Assembly (NCBI GenBank): GCA_910589105.1
Contig: CAJUST010000011.1
Location: 1-64,000 of the forward strand
Origin: an uncultured Lachnospiraceae bacterium
Lineage (GTDB): Bacteria > Bacillota > Clostridia > Lachnospirales > Lachnospiraceae
Length of the DNA stretch: 64,000 nt
Direction of reading: 5' to 3'
The position numbers and the translations under genes are program-made. Every line of letters starts with the position of its first letter. Position 1 is the first letter of the stretch. A model generated the notes under the pieces. It was not told the origin of the DNA, searched no databases, and saw only the letters and a program-made list of their open reading frames with translations. Shown in pieces: positions 8,165-17,880 of the stretch.

Positions 8165-9529
8165 ATGGAAGCGCAGACAGAGAACAAGATGGGGACGATG
8201 CCGGTTAATAAACTGTTAGTTAATATTTCTCTGCCGATGGTAATATCCATGCTGGTTCAGGCATTGTATAATATTGTGGACAGTATATTTGTCGCGCAGA
8301 TTGATGAATATGCGCTGACGGCAGTTTCTCTGGCGTTCCCACTTCAAAATTTTATGATAGCGGTCGCGGCGGGGACGGGAGTCGGGGTAAACGCGCTCCT
8401 TTCGAAACGGCTGGGCGAAAAGCGGTTTGAGGAAGTGGACAAAGCGGCAGGCAATTCCGTTATACTGGCGGGGGCAAATTATCTGCTGTTTTTGCTGATC
8501 GGCGTATGCTTTTCCGGTCTGTATTTTGAACTACAGACAGATATACCGGAAATTATAGCGTATGGAAAGACGTATCTTTTGATTTGTACGGCGGCAAGTT
8601 TTGGATTGTATGGGCAGTTTTGTTTTGAACGTCTTTTACAGGCGACGGGGCGGACGGTCTGCACGATGATTACGCAGACGACGGGCGCAGTGATTAACCT
8701 GATTTTTGACCCGATATTGATTTTTGGGCTGTTTGGCTTCCCGAAAATGGGAATTGCAGGCGCGGCGGCGGCGACTGTGTTCGGGCAGATCGTGGCGATG
8801 GTATTTGGTTTTTATTACAACCAGAAAAAAAATACGGAAATCCATCTTACGCTTTCAAAAATCCGTCCGGACAAACAGACGCTGTTGCAGATTTATGAAG
8901 TTGCGGTTCCGGCGATTTTAATGCAGTCGATTGGTTCCGTTATGACATTTTTTATGAACAAGATATTGCTTGGGTTTACTTCAACGGCGGCGGCTGTGTT
9001 CGGCGTATTCTTTAAATTGCAGAGTTTTATCTTTATGCCTGTGTTTGGGTTAAATAACGGGTTAATCCCGATTGTGGCGTATAATTACGGAGCCGGATAT
9101 AAAGACAGGATTATGAAGGTGATGAAAAGCAGCATGATAGCGGCGGTTGTGTTGATGATTGCAGGGTTTTTGACGGCGGAAGTAATGCCGAAACAGCTTT
9201 TAATGCTTTTTAATGCATCGGGCCAGATGATTGAAATCGGCGTTCCGGCGCTTCGGATTTTAAGCGCATGCTATCTCTTTGCCGGCGTTTCCATTGTGGC
9301 GAGCGGGGTGTTTCAGGGATTGGGGAAAAGCGTATACAGTCTGGTATTGTCGGTTATACGCCAGCTTGTGATTTTGCTTCCGGCGGCATATCTGCTTTCC
9401 CTGACGGGAATATTAGAGGCGGTCTGGCTTTCGTTCCCGCTCGCGGAGCTTGCGGCTTTGGCGGTCACATGCGTTTATTTGAAGAAGGTGAATAAAAATT
9501 TGGAGTCTATGATAGCGGCGAGAAAGTAG
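8165..9529 (+). CDS. MATE family efflux transporter
   Basis: The N-terminus MPVNKLLVNISLPMVISMLVQALYNIVDSIFVAQIDEYALTAVSLAFP is typical of MATE proteins. About 12 TM helices at 454 aa. Confidence 0.8.
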   Translation: MEAQTENKMGTMPVNKLLVNISLPMVISMLVQALYNIVDSIFVAQIDEYALTAVSLAFPLQNFMIAVAAGTGVGVNALLSKRLGEKRFEEVDKAAGNSVILAGANYLLFLLIGVCFSGLYFELQTDIPEIIAYGKTYLLICTAASFGLYGQFCFERLLQATGRTVCTMITQTTGAVINLIFDPILIFGLFGFPKMGIAGAAAATVFGQIVAMVFGFYYNQKKNTEIHLTLSKIRPDKQTLLQIYEVAVPAILMQSIGSVMTFFMNKILLGFTSTAAAVFGVFFKLQSFIFMPVFGLNNGLIPIVAYNYGAGYKDRIMKVMKSSMIAAVVLMIAGFLTAEVMPKQLLMLFNASGQMIEIGVPALRILSACYLFAGVSIVASGVFQGLGKSVYSLVLSVIRQLVILLPAAYLLSLTGILEAVWLSFPLAELAALAVTCVYLKKVNKNLESMIAARK

Positions 9530-9538
9530 GGAGGATCT

Positions 9539-10099
9539 ATGGCGGCGTTCAGAAATGAAACGGATACTCTGCTTGCGGAAAGTTTGAAAGAACTTGCGTT
9601 AAATAATCCGATTGAAAAAATCACGGTAAAAGAAATCACGGACAAAGCGGGCGTAATACGCCCGACGTTTTACAATCATTTTCAGGATAAATATGAGCTT
9701 TTGGAGTGGATTATATGGACGGATCTGCTAGAGCCAATCCGTCCATTAATTGAGAACCAGATGATGGACGAGGCGCTTTTGCTGTTATTTATGAATATAG
9801 AAAAGGAGAAAAAGTTCTATATAAAAGCGGCAAAGTTAGAAGGGCAAAATTCATTCGAACTCATTGCCAGAAGCTGTGTGAAGGGGATTTTGCTGGAAAT
9901 TATTGAGAAAAATCCGAAGGATAAAATCATGAAATTCCAGTGGCTTACGCCGGAGCGGATTGCGGAATATTATGCGCAGTCAATCTGTTCTGTGGCGCTT
10001 GTCTGGATTAAAAGCGGGCTTGCGGTTTCGGCGAAGGAACTGGCTGAAATTTATGACTACATAATGAAACATTCCATTGAGGAAGTATTATTAGGGTAG
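9539..10099 (+). CDS. TetR/AcrR family transcriptional regulator
   Basis: RBS gggagg. The N-terminal HTH KITVKEITDKAGVIRPTFYNHFQDKYEL is a classic TetR_N. The gene sits between efflux pumps. Confidence 0.75.
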   Translation: MAAFRNETDTLLAESLKELALNNPIEKITVKEITDKAGVIRPTFYNHFQDKYELLEWIIWTDLLEPIRPLIENQMMDEALLLLFMNIEKEKKFYIKAAKLEGQNSFELIARSCVKGILLEIIEKNPKDKIMKFQWLTPERIAEYYAQSICSVALVWIKSGLAVSAKELAEIYDYIMKHSIEEVLLG

Positions 10100-10262
10100 T
10101 TTAAACTCCATACAATGTAAATGCGGTGTTCTGAAAAAAACGACAAATCACTTTATCTGTATAAAAAGGAAAACAAAACGAAAAGATTGAATCTGTTCAG
10201 GTTCAGTCTTTTTTTTTATACTAACGATAAAACAGATCTGACACATAGAGAGGAGAGGGACG

Positions 10263-12350
10263 ATGATAAAATTTGGAAAAAAAGTGGTTCAACTGCGAAA
10301 ATTGATTTTAACCGCAAGTTTTCTGCTTCTGATTCCCGCCGTGATTGGATATTTAAGCACGAGAATCAATTATGATATACTTTCTTATCTTCCGAAAGAC
10401 ATTGAAACGATGGAGGGACAGGAGATTTTGCTTGAGGAGTTTGGCACGGGCGCGTTTTCCGTCTGCGTTGTGAAGGGATTGGAGGACAAAGACATACAAA
10501 CGCTCGAGGGCGAATTAAAAGAAGTGGGCCATGTCAAAGATGTGATTTGGTATGGAAGCATAGCGGATTTATCTGTGCCGATGGATATTCTTCCGGATGA
10601 ACTTGCGGAGACGTTAAAAAACGCAGATACAAAAAGTTCCCTTTTAATTCTTACATTCGACACGTCAATGTCTTCGGACGAAACGCTTGATGCGATTGAA
10701 GAAATTAGAGAATTAACAGGCAAAAAGTGTCTGTTAAGTGGAATGTCGGCAGTTGTCACGGACATAAAAAAAATCTGCAACAGTGAGGCGGTTATGTATG
10801 TGGTGATTGCCGCGTTATTGTCGGCGCTGGCGTTGGCGCTGACGATGGACTCTTATTTGATTCCCGCTATTTTCCTGCTCAGCATTGGAATGGCGATTGT
10901 CTATAACCTTGGCACGAACCGGATTGCCGGAGAAATTTCCTTTATTACGCAGGCGCTTGCGGCAGTCTTACAGCTTGCAGTGACGATGGATTATTCCATT
11001 TTCCTGTGGCACAGTTATGAAGAAAACCAAGAGCGTTATCCGGACGATAAAAACCGCGCGATGGCGCATGCAATTTCCCAGACGGTCACTTCTGTTGTCG
11101 GAAGTTCCATTACGACGATTGCGGGATTTTTAGCTATGTGCTTTATGACATTTACCCTTGGCATGGATTTAGGCATTGTGATGGCAAAGGGAGTAGTCTT
11201 TGGGGTGATAGGCTGTGTGACAATTCTTCCGGCGATGATCCTTGCAATGGATAAATGGCTGGAAAAAACAAAGCATAAGCCACTGATGCCTGACCTTGGG
11301 AGAATCGGCGGTTTTGTGGCAAAGCATTATCCGGTTTTTATTGTCCTGTTTTTGGCGGGAATCGGGCCGATGTATTATGCGCAGGGGCACAACGAAGTGT
11401 ACTATGATTTAGTGGGGACGCTGCCGAAAGAGTTGGGAAGCGTAGAAGCGGGGGACGCTTTAGAACATGAATTTGGCATGGGAGCGGCGCACGTTATTTT
11501 AGCGGACAGTGAATTGCCGAAAAGCGAAGCGTTTCAAATGGAAAAAGAGTTAAAAGAAGTGGACGGCGTGAAACTTGCATTGGGGTTAGATGCGCTGACA
11601 GGGCCCTTAACGCCCGCCGAATTTGTCCCAGACAGGATAAAAGAGAAATTAAACAATGGGACATACCAGATGATTTATGTTTTGTCTGAATATAAAACAG
11701 GGACGGACGAGGTCAACGCGCAGTGCGATGCCATTCGGGAAGTCATTAAAAAGTATGACGAAACCGCTATGTTAATTGGAGAAGCCCCATGTACGCAGGA
11801 TTTAATTACCATTACTGATCGGGATTTTAAAATAGTCAATGCGGCGTCGATTGTCCTGATTTTCCTGATTATAGCCATTGTCCTAAAATCTGCGTCCCTT
11901 CCGGTGATACTGGTGCTGGTGATTGAGTTTGCAATTTTTATCAATATGGGAATCCCGTATTTTACGAACACGGTTCTTCCGTTTATCGCTTCGATTGTAA
12001 TCGGGACAATTCAGCTTGGCGCAACGGTAGATTATGCGATTTTAATGACGAATAAATATAAACGGGAACGCAGCCGCGGCGCGGGAAAAAGGGAAGCCGT
12101 TATTACGGCGTTAAACAGCTCTTTACAATCTGTCGCCGTCAGCGCGTTAAGTTTCTTTGCCGCCACATTTGGCGTGGCGCTTTATTCAAGCATAGACATG
12201 ATTAGTTCGCTTTGTATGCTTTTGGCGAGGGGCGCGGTGATAAGCCTGCTCGTCGTAGCGTTTCTGCTTCCGGCAATGTTTTTGATGTTAGATAAATGTA
12301 TCGTGAAAACAAGCATCGGCTTTTTGCCTAAAATAAAGAATAAAAATTAG
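10263..12350 (+). CDS. MMPL family (RND superfamily) membrane transporter
   Basis: 695 aa with two blocks of about 6 TM helices, each preceded by an extracytoplasmic domain. RBS gagaggagaggg. Confidence 0.75.
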   Translation: MIKFGKKVVQLRKLILTASFLLLIPAVIGYLSTRINYDILSYLPKDIETMEGQEILLEEFGTGAFSVCVVKGLEDKDIQTLEGELKEVGHVKDVIWYGSIADLSVPMDILPDELAETLKNADTKSSLLILTFDTSMSSDETLDAIEEIRELTGKKCLLSGMSAVVTDIKKICNSEAVMYVVIAALLSALALALTMDSYLIPAIFLLSIGMAIVYNLGTNRIAGEISFITQALAAVLQLAVTMDYSIFLWHSYEENQERYPDDKNRAMAHAISQTVTSVVGSSITTIAGFLAMCFMTFTLGMDLGIVMAKGVVFGVIGCVTILPAMILAMDKWLEKTKHKPLMPDLGRIGGFVAKHYPVFIVLFLAGIGPMYYAQGHNEVYYDLVGTLPKELGSVEAGDALEHEFGMGAAHVILADSELPKSEAFQMEKELKEVDGVKLALGLDALTGPLTPAEFVPDRIKEKLNNGTYQMIYVLSEYKTGTDEVNAQCDAIREVIKKYDETAMLIGEAPCTQDLITITDRDFKIVNAASIVLIFLIIAIVLKSASLPVILVLVIEFAIFINMGIPYFTNTVLPFIASIVIGTIQLGATVDYAILMTNKYKRERSRGAGKREAVITALNSSLQSVAVSALSFFAATFGVALYSSIDMISSLCMLLARGAVISLLVVAFLLPAMFLMLDKCIVKTSIGFLPKIKNKN

Positions 12351-12361
12351 GAGGAATTATT

Positions 12362-14872
12362 ATGAAGTTTAAAAAATTAAAAGAACGGTTCAAACACAAA
12401 TATGTAATCCGCATGACGGCAGGCGTATTGACGGTGGCGCTTTTGACAGGCGGCACTGGCATATGCGGCGTTTATGCCGCAAAAAGCGGGGAAGCTAAGA
12501 CAGAGAGCGTTTCAAAGGAAATGGAACTGGGAGATTTCCTTTCCCGAAAGGAGGAAAGTGAAAAAACGCCTATTGGGAAAGAAGAAACCGTCTATATCCT
12601 TGCTGATGCAAATGGAAACGCAGAATCGGCGATTGTCAGCGAATGGCTGAAAAATCCGGAAAAATTAGATGCGCTTTCGGACGTTTCGGAATTAAAAGAC
12701 ATAGAAAACGTAAAAGGCAGGGAGACATTTGAGAAAAAAGGCAACGTCCTTGAATGGCAGGCAGATGGAAACGATATTTACTATCAGGGCGTGACGACAA
12801 AAGAAGCTCCGGTTACCGTCAATGTATCCTATTATTTGGACGGGAAAAAAATTTCCCCGAAAGATTTGGCGGGAAAAAGCGGAAACGTAAAAATACGTTT
12901 TGACTATACAAACCATGAGAAAGACGGAGATTACTATGTGCCGTTTGCGGCTGTGTCGGGTATGCTTTTAAAAGATAATTTTACAAATGTGGAAGTAAAA
13001 AATGGAAAAGTCATATCAAACGGGGATACAATGATTGTGGTTGGCATGGCGGCGCCGGGCTTAAAGGAAAGCTTGAACTTAAAGAATGGCGATTTAGAAA
13101 AAGACATATCCATTCCGGATTATGTGGAAGTAAATGCTGACGTAAAGGATTTTTCTTTAGATATGACAATGACGGTTGTGGCGCAGCCTTCGGAATTTGC
13201 CGGAGATTATACGTTTGATTTGACGGAAATGGACGAAAAAATGGAAGATTTAACGTCTGCCACGGAACAGTTAAGAGACGGTTCAGAGAAACTTTCTGAC
13301 GGGATTGGCGAATTAGATGAGAAAATGGGTGAATTTGCGGGAGGGGTTGATTCCTTGAAAAACGGGGTTGCGGCATATACGGACGGCGCCGGACAGTTAG
13401 CGAACGGAATCAGCGCATTGAAAGGAGAAACAGGCCTGTTAGTCAGCGGCGTAGCTGATTTGACGGCGAGCATCCATACGTTAAACAATGGCATGAAAAC
13501 GCTTGATAATGCCCTAAACGCCCCAATGGGAAACAGCGAAAAAGAGGCGGCCATGGCGCAGGCAAAAACAGCGGCGGCGCAGGCAGTGGAAACGCAGTTT
13601 GCAGATGACGCGAACCCGCAAAGTTACAATAATATCAAATCGCAGGCATCGCAGGCATTTTATGCATCCGTTGCAAGCGACTCTGTAAAACAGACGGCGG
13701 CGGCGCAGGCGAAAGATCAGGCAGTGGCGGGGATACAGTCGCAAAAGCCGGTCATTGCGGAACAGGCAAAGGATCAGGCAGTGGCGGGAATACAGACACA
13801 AAAGCCGGTTATTGCGGCGCAGGCGAAGGATCAGGCAATGGCAGGGATAAATGGAAAGCTCGACGAGATTGCGGCGCAGGCGAAGGATCAGGCAGCAGCC
13901 GCAGTTGCAGGCGCGGTTTCGGAGGAAACGAAAGCGCAGTTGAAGGCGGCGTTTCAGGCGGCAGGCTTTGTTCAGGCGGCGCAGGCGAACGGGATTACCG
14001 TAGAACAGGCAATGGCGGACGCGTCGATTGCGGCGGCTGTTGCACAGGCGGCGGAAACACAGCTTTCGGCATTTATCGGGACAGTTCAGACAGCGGCAGG
14101 CGCAGTGGCGGATCAGACAGCCAGAAGCGTAGCGTCAAACGTGGCGGGAAGCGTGGCGGAACAGGCGGCAGGCAGCGTAGCGGAACAAGTGGCAGGCAGT
14201 GTGGCGGCGCAAGTGGCAGGCAGTGTGGCGGAACAGACGGCGGGAAGCGTAGCGGAACAGACCGCGCCTAAAGTGGTAGTAAGCGTAGCGGAACAGGCAA
14301 AAGAAACGGTTGGGACATCTGTAGCGGACAGCGTAAAGCAAGGCGCAAAAACGGCGGCAGGGCAGGCGGCGGCAATGGCGGCAGTCGAAGGCGCGCAGTC
14401 TGCGAAAAAGCAGATTGCCGGAAACATTGAAAAAAAGGATAAAGAGTCAGGATATAGTCTGGTTTCCGGAATGTCGGCATTAGATGAAGCGGTGAACGGA
14501 ATGTCGGATAAATTGCCGAAACTGACGTCGGGAATTGACCAGCTATACAATGGAAGCCAGACGCTTGCTTCCAAAAATACGGAATTAAATAATGGCGTTT
14601 CAAAATTAAAAGACGGCGTAAGCCAGTTCTCAGACGGAACCCGTCAATTAAAAGATGGATCGGTTGAACTAAAAGACGGAATAGTGAAGTTTGACGAAGA
14701 AGGAATTGAAAAGCTGGTAAACGCTTATCAGGGCGACGTTAAAGAATTTACGGAACGGATTCAGAATGTTTTGGATTTAGGCGGCTCCTATGAATCGTTT
14801 GGCGGAAAAGCAAAAGATACGGCGGGAAGCGTGAAATTTATCATTCGAACAGGCGAAATCAAAGCGGAATAA
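12362..14872 (+). CDS. YhgE/Pip-like secreted protein with X-X-X-Leu-X-X-Gly heptad repeats and internal Ala/Gln-rich tandem repeats
   Basis: RBS ttaggagg and a signal peptide. Heptad-type repeats are present (LSDGIGELDEKMGEFAGGVDSLKNGVAAYTDGAGQLANGISALKGETGLLVSGVADLTASIHTLNNG, and again near the C-terminus). Internal repeats are 19 aa x4 (QAKDQAVAGIQSQKPVIAE...) and 8 aa x5 (AGSVAEQx). The gene is immediately downstream of the MMPL gene with an 11-nt gap. Confidence 0.6.
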   Translation: MKFKKLKERFKHKYVIRMTAGVLTVALLTGGTGICGVYAAKSGEAKTESVSKEMELGDFLSRKEESEKTPIGKEETVYILADANGNAESAIVSEWLKNPEKLDALSDVSELKDIENVKGRETFEKKGNVLEWQADGNDIYYQGVTTKEAPVTVNVSYYLDGKKISPKDLAGKSGNVKIRFDYTNHEKDGDYYVPFAAVSGMLLKDNFTNVEVKNGKVISNGDTMIVVGMAAPGLKESLNLKNGDLEKDISIPDYVEVNADVKDFSLDMTMTVVAQPSEFAGDYTFDLTEMDEKMEDLTSATEQLRDGSEKLSDGIGELDEKMGEFAGGVDSLKNGVAAYTDGAGQLANGISALKGETGLLVSGVADLTASIHTLNNGMKTLDNALNAPMGNSEKEAAMAQAKTAAAQAVETQFADDANPQSYNNIKSQASQAFYASVASDSVKQTAAAQAKDQAVAGIQSQKPVIAEQAKDQAVAGIQTQKPVIAAQAKDQAMAGINGKLDEIAAQAKDQAAAAVAGAVSEETKAQLKAAFQAAGFVQAAQANGITVEQAMADASIAAAVAQAAETQLSAFIGTVQTAAGAVADQTARSVASNVAGSVAEQAAGSVAEQVAGSVAAQVAGSVAEQTAGSVAEQTAPKVVVSVAEQAKETVGTSVADSVKQGAKTAAGQAAAMAAVEGAQSAKKQIAGNIEKKDKESGYSLVSGMSALDEAVNGMSDKLPKLTSGIDQLYNGSQTLASKNTELNNGVSKLKDGVSQFSDGTRQLKDGSVELKDGIVKFDEEGIEKLVNAYQGDVKEFTERIQNVLDLGGSYESFGGKAKDTAGSVKFIIRTGEIKAE

Positions 14873-14887
14873 GGGGAAAGCAAAGAG

Positions 14888-14926
14888 GCGGTTTTGCAGA
14901 TGGAAATCTGGCAAGGCCGCTTTTTT
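14888..14926 (+). terminator. Rho-independent terminator
   Basis: Stem gcggttttgc / gcaaggccgc (10 bp with 2 G.U pairs), 13-nt loop, then TTTTTT. Confidence 0.6.
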
Positions 14927-15026
14927 AGGAGCGTTATTCTGAAAATGCAAGTGACGTTTGCTTTACACATTTTTCAATCCCTGCTATAGTAGATCCATAA
15001 AAGCGCAAAGGAAGGCAACCGGAAAC

Positions 15027-16361
15027 ATGGAAAAAAATCAAACCTCTGGCAGTGTGTTTCAAACAATTTTACAATTCTCGATTCCCTATTTATTTTCCTA
15101 TTTTCTTCAAACCCTGTATGGAATGGCAGATTTATATATGGTAGGCAGGTATAGCGGCGTAAACCACATCACAGCGGTTTCTATCGGCAGTCAGGTGATG
15201 CATATGCTGACTGTGATGATTGTCGGACTTGCGATGGGGGCGACTGTGACAATCGCAAAAGCGGTTGGGGCGAAGAAGGAAAAGGAAGCTTCTTTAGCCA
15301 TTGGAAACACTGCCGTGTTGTTTTTAGGGCTTTCTATTGGGTTTACGGCAGCGCTGCTTTTTTTGGTAAAACCGATCACAGCCATTATGGCAACTCCGAC
15401 AGAAGCGGTTTTGGGAACGGCGTCGTATCTTACCATATGCTTCCTTGGGATTCCATTTATCACGGCGTATAATATCATCAGTTCCATATTCCGCGGCCTT
15501 GGGGATTCAAAGAGCCCGATGTATTTCGTGGCGGCTGCGTGTGCGTCAAATATTTTATTGGATTATATTTTTATCCGTTATTTTTCCCTTGGCGCAACTG
15601 GAGCGGCGCTTGGCACTGTTATATCCCAGACTCTTAGCGTTGTGTTTGCCCTTTTTGTGATTCTAAAGCATTCAGCCGGAATCAAACTGCAAAAAGCAGA
15701 TTTTAAGCCATCTCCTATAACCTTAAAACGGATCTTAAAGATAGGCGTTCCCGTAGCCTTGCAGGACACTTTTATACAAGTTGCATTTATTGTCATTACA
15801 ATTATAGCAAACCGCAGGGGGCTTGTAGATGCGGCGGCAGTCGGAATTGTGGAAAAAATCATAGGCGTAGTGTTTTTGGTTCCGTCCACTATGCTTTCTG
15901 CCGTTTCTGCTTTGTCAGCGCAGAACATAGGGGCAAAAAAGGAAGGGCGCGCAAGACTGACGCTTCGGTATGCCATTTTTATCACGGTCGGTTTCGGGAT
16001 TGCCATGTCTGTTTTTGTCCAGTCTGCATATGGGCAGTTGGTTGGGATTTTTACGGAAGATTCAGACGTGATTTTATCCGGCGGGCAGTATTTGCGCAGT
16101 TATATCTGGGATTGTGTATTTGCGGGCATACATTTTAGTTTCAGCGGATATTTTTATGCGTATGGGAAATCCGGCATTTCATTTCTGCATAATATCTTGT
16201 CGATTGTCTTAATCCGCATTCCGGGAGCTTATTTTGCATCGGAGTATTTTGCCGCCAGCCTTTTTCCGATGGGGCTTGCCGCGCCTGCGGGGTCGTTGTT
16301 GTCTGTGGCAGTCTGCGCAGCCGCATACCTGAAAATCAGAAACAGTGAGGAAAAAACTTGA
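15027..16361 (+). CDS. MATE family efflux transporter (second copy)
   Basis: MEKNQTSGSVFQTILQFSIPYLFSYFLQTLYGMADLYMVGRY is a MATE N-terminus. The start at 15027 has the RBS aaaggaagg. The ORF track begins at 14958. Confidence 0.75.
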   Translation: MEKNQTSGSVFQTILQFSIPYLFSYFLQTLYGMADLYMVGRYSGVNHITAVSIGSQVMHMLTVMIVGLAMGATVTIAKAVGAKKEKEASLAIGNTAVLFLGLSIGFTAALLFLVKPITAIMATPTEAVLGTASYLTICFLGIPFITAYNIISSIFRGLGDSKSPMYFVAAACASNILLDYIFIRYFSLGATGAALGTVISQTLSVVFALFVILKHSAGIKLQKADFKPSPITLKRILKIGVPVALQDTFIQVAFIVITIIANRRGLVDAAAVGIVEKIIGVVFLVPSTMLSAVSALSAQNIGAKKEGRARLTLRYAIFITVGFGIAMSVFVQSAYGQLVGIFTEDSDVILSGGQYLRSYIWDCVFAGIHFSFSGYFYAYGKSGISFLHNILSIVLIRIPGAYFASEYFAASLFPMGLAAPAGSLLSVAVCAAAYLKIRNSEEKT

Positions 16362-16425
16362 CGAACCAAAATAGCGCAGTCTATAATAACTTCATTAAAC
16401 TATGACACAGAAAGGAAATAAACCC

Positions 16426-17868
16426 ATGTCAAAAGAAAAGAAATTAGTGGAAGCCATTACCTCGATGGAGGAAGATTTTGCGCAATGGTATACCGATGTT
16501 GTAAAAAAGGCAGAATTAATTGATTATTCTTCCATAAAAGGATGCATGATTTTAAAGCCGGACGGATACGCCATCTGGGAAAATATCCAGAAAGAATTGG
16601 ACAGGCGTTTCAAAGAGACGGGAGTGGAGAATGTCTATCTGCCGATGTTTATACCGGAAAGCCTGTTAAATAAAGAAAAAGAACATGTAGAAGGCTTTGC
16701 GCCGGAAGTGGCATGGGTAACCCACGGGGGGTTAAACCCGCTTCAGGAGCGTCTCTGCGTCCGTCCTACGTCAGAGACTTTGTTCTGCGATTTTTATAAA
16801 AATGTGATACAGTCCTATCGGGATTTGCCCAAAAATTACAATCAGTGGTGCTCTGTGGTGCGTTGGGAAAAAGAGACGCGGCCGTTCCTGCGGTCGAGGG
16901 AGTTTTTATGGCAGGAAGGCCATACGGCCCATGCGACGGCTGAAGAAGCAGAGGAGCGGACCGTTCAGATGCTAAACGTCTATGCGGATTTTTGTGAAGA
17001 AGTTTTGGCAATGCCGGTGATACGCGGCAAAAAGACGGAAAAGGAAAAGTTTGCCGGGGCAGAGGCGACGTATACAATAGAGGCGCTGATGCACGACGGC
17101 AAGGCATTGCAGTCCGGCACAAGCCATAATTTCGGGGACGGATTTGCAAAGGCGTTTGGCATTCAGTACACAGACAAAGACAACCGCCTGCAATACGCGC
17201 ATCAGACGTCTTGGGGCGTTACGACCCGTTTGATTGGGGCGGTGATTATGGTGCATGGGGACGATTTTGGGCTTGCGCTTCCGCCTGAAATTGCGCCAAC
17301 TCAAGTTATGGTGATTCCGATCCAGCAACGCAAAGAAGGCGTATTGGAAATGGCCCGTAAGTTAAAAGAAACTTTATCGAAAGCGGGAATCCGTGTAAAA
17401 ATAGACGAAACAGATAAAAGCCCGGGCTATAAGTTTTCTGAACAGGAGATGCGTGGAATCCCGCTCCGTGTGGAGATTGGGCCAAAAGACATGGAAGCGG
17501 GACAGTGCATTTTGACGCGTCGGGATACAAGGGAAAAGACGGCCGTTCCATTTGATCAGCTTGGCGAAACGGCAAAAGAATTGCTCGCTTCCATACAAAA
17601 AAGTATGTTTGAACGCGCAAAATCACACAGGGATGCGCATATTTACGATGCCCATAATTATGAAGAATTTACGGAAACGATTCAACAGAAAGCGGGATTT
17701 ATCCGCGGAATGTGGTGTGGGAATCAGGATTGTGAAGATAAAATAAAAGAAGACTTTGCGGCGACGGCGCGTTGTATGCCGTTTCATGATCAGGAAGAAA
17801 TTTCACAGGTATGCGTCTGCTGTGGCAAGCCTGCGAAGAAATTAGTCTATTGGGGAAAAGCATATTAA
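16426..17868 (+). CDS. proS: Proline--tRNA ligase, archaeal/eukaryotic-type (class IIa, type 3)
   Basis: [52 protein letters not shown] is the characteristic N-terminus of the short archaeal-type ProRS. The C-terminus carries a zinc-binding CxxC...CxxC motif (CGNQDCEDK...CVCCGK). RBS aaaggaaa. Confidence 0.85.
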   Translation: MSKEKKLVEAITSMEEDFAQWYTDVVKKAELIDYSSIKGCMILKPDGYAIWENIQKELDRRFKETGVENVYLPMFIPESLLNKEKEHVEGFAPEVAWVTHGGLNPLQERLCVRPTSETLFCDFYKNVIQSYRDLPKNYNQWCSVVRWEKETRPFLRSREFLWQEGHTAHATAEEAEERTVQMLNVYADFCEEVLAMPVIRGKKTEKEKFAGAEATYTIEALMHDGKALQSGTSHNFGDGFAKAFGIQYTDKDNRLQYAHQTSWGVTTRLIGAVIMVHGDDFGLALPPEIAPTQVMVIPIQQRKEGVLEMARKLKETLSKAGIRVKIDETDKSPGYKFSEQEMRGIPLRVEIGPKDMEAGQCILTRRDTREKTAVPFDQLGETAKELLASIQKSMFERAKSHRDAHIYDAHNYEEFTETIQQKAGFIRGMWCGNQDCEDKIKEDFAATARCMPFHDQEEISQVCVCCGKPAKKLVYWGKAY

Positions 17869-17880
17869 ATTCAGGACGGA

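Noticed and set aside
10121-10375. 84-aa ORF in the TetR–MMPL intergenic region
   Set aside because: It overlaps the MMPL start and RBS in another frame. It is more likely promoter, operator or leader sequence for the MMPL gene.
13011-14603. Cluster of minus-strand ORFs (95-153 aa) inside the YhgE-like gene
   Set aside because: They are antisense to a GC-rich, Ala/Gln-repeat coding region. Open frames are expected there by chance.
16362-16425. Possible T-box leader upstream of proS
   Set aside because: The leader is only about 60 nt. It is too short for a T-box (usually >200 nt), and no specifier or antiterminator elements are seen.
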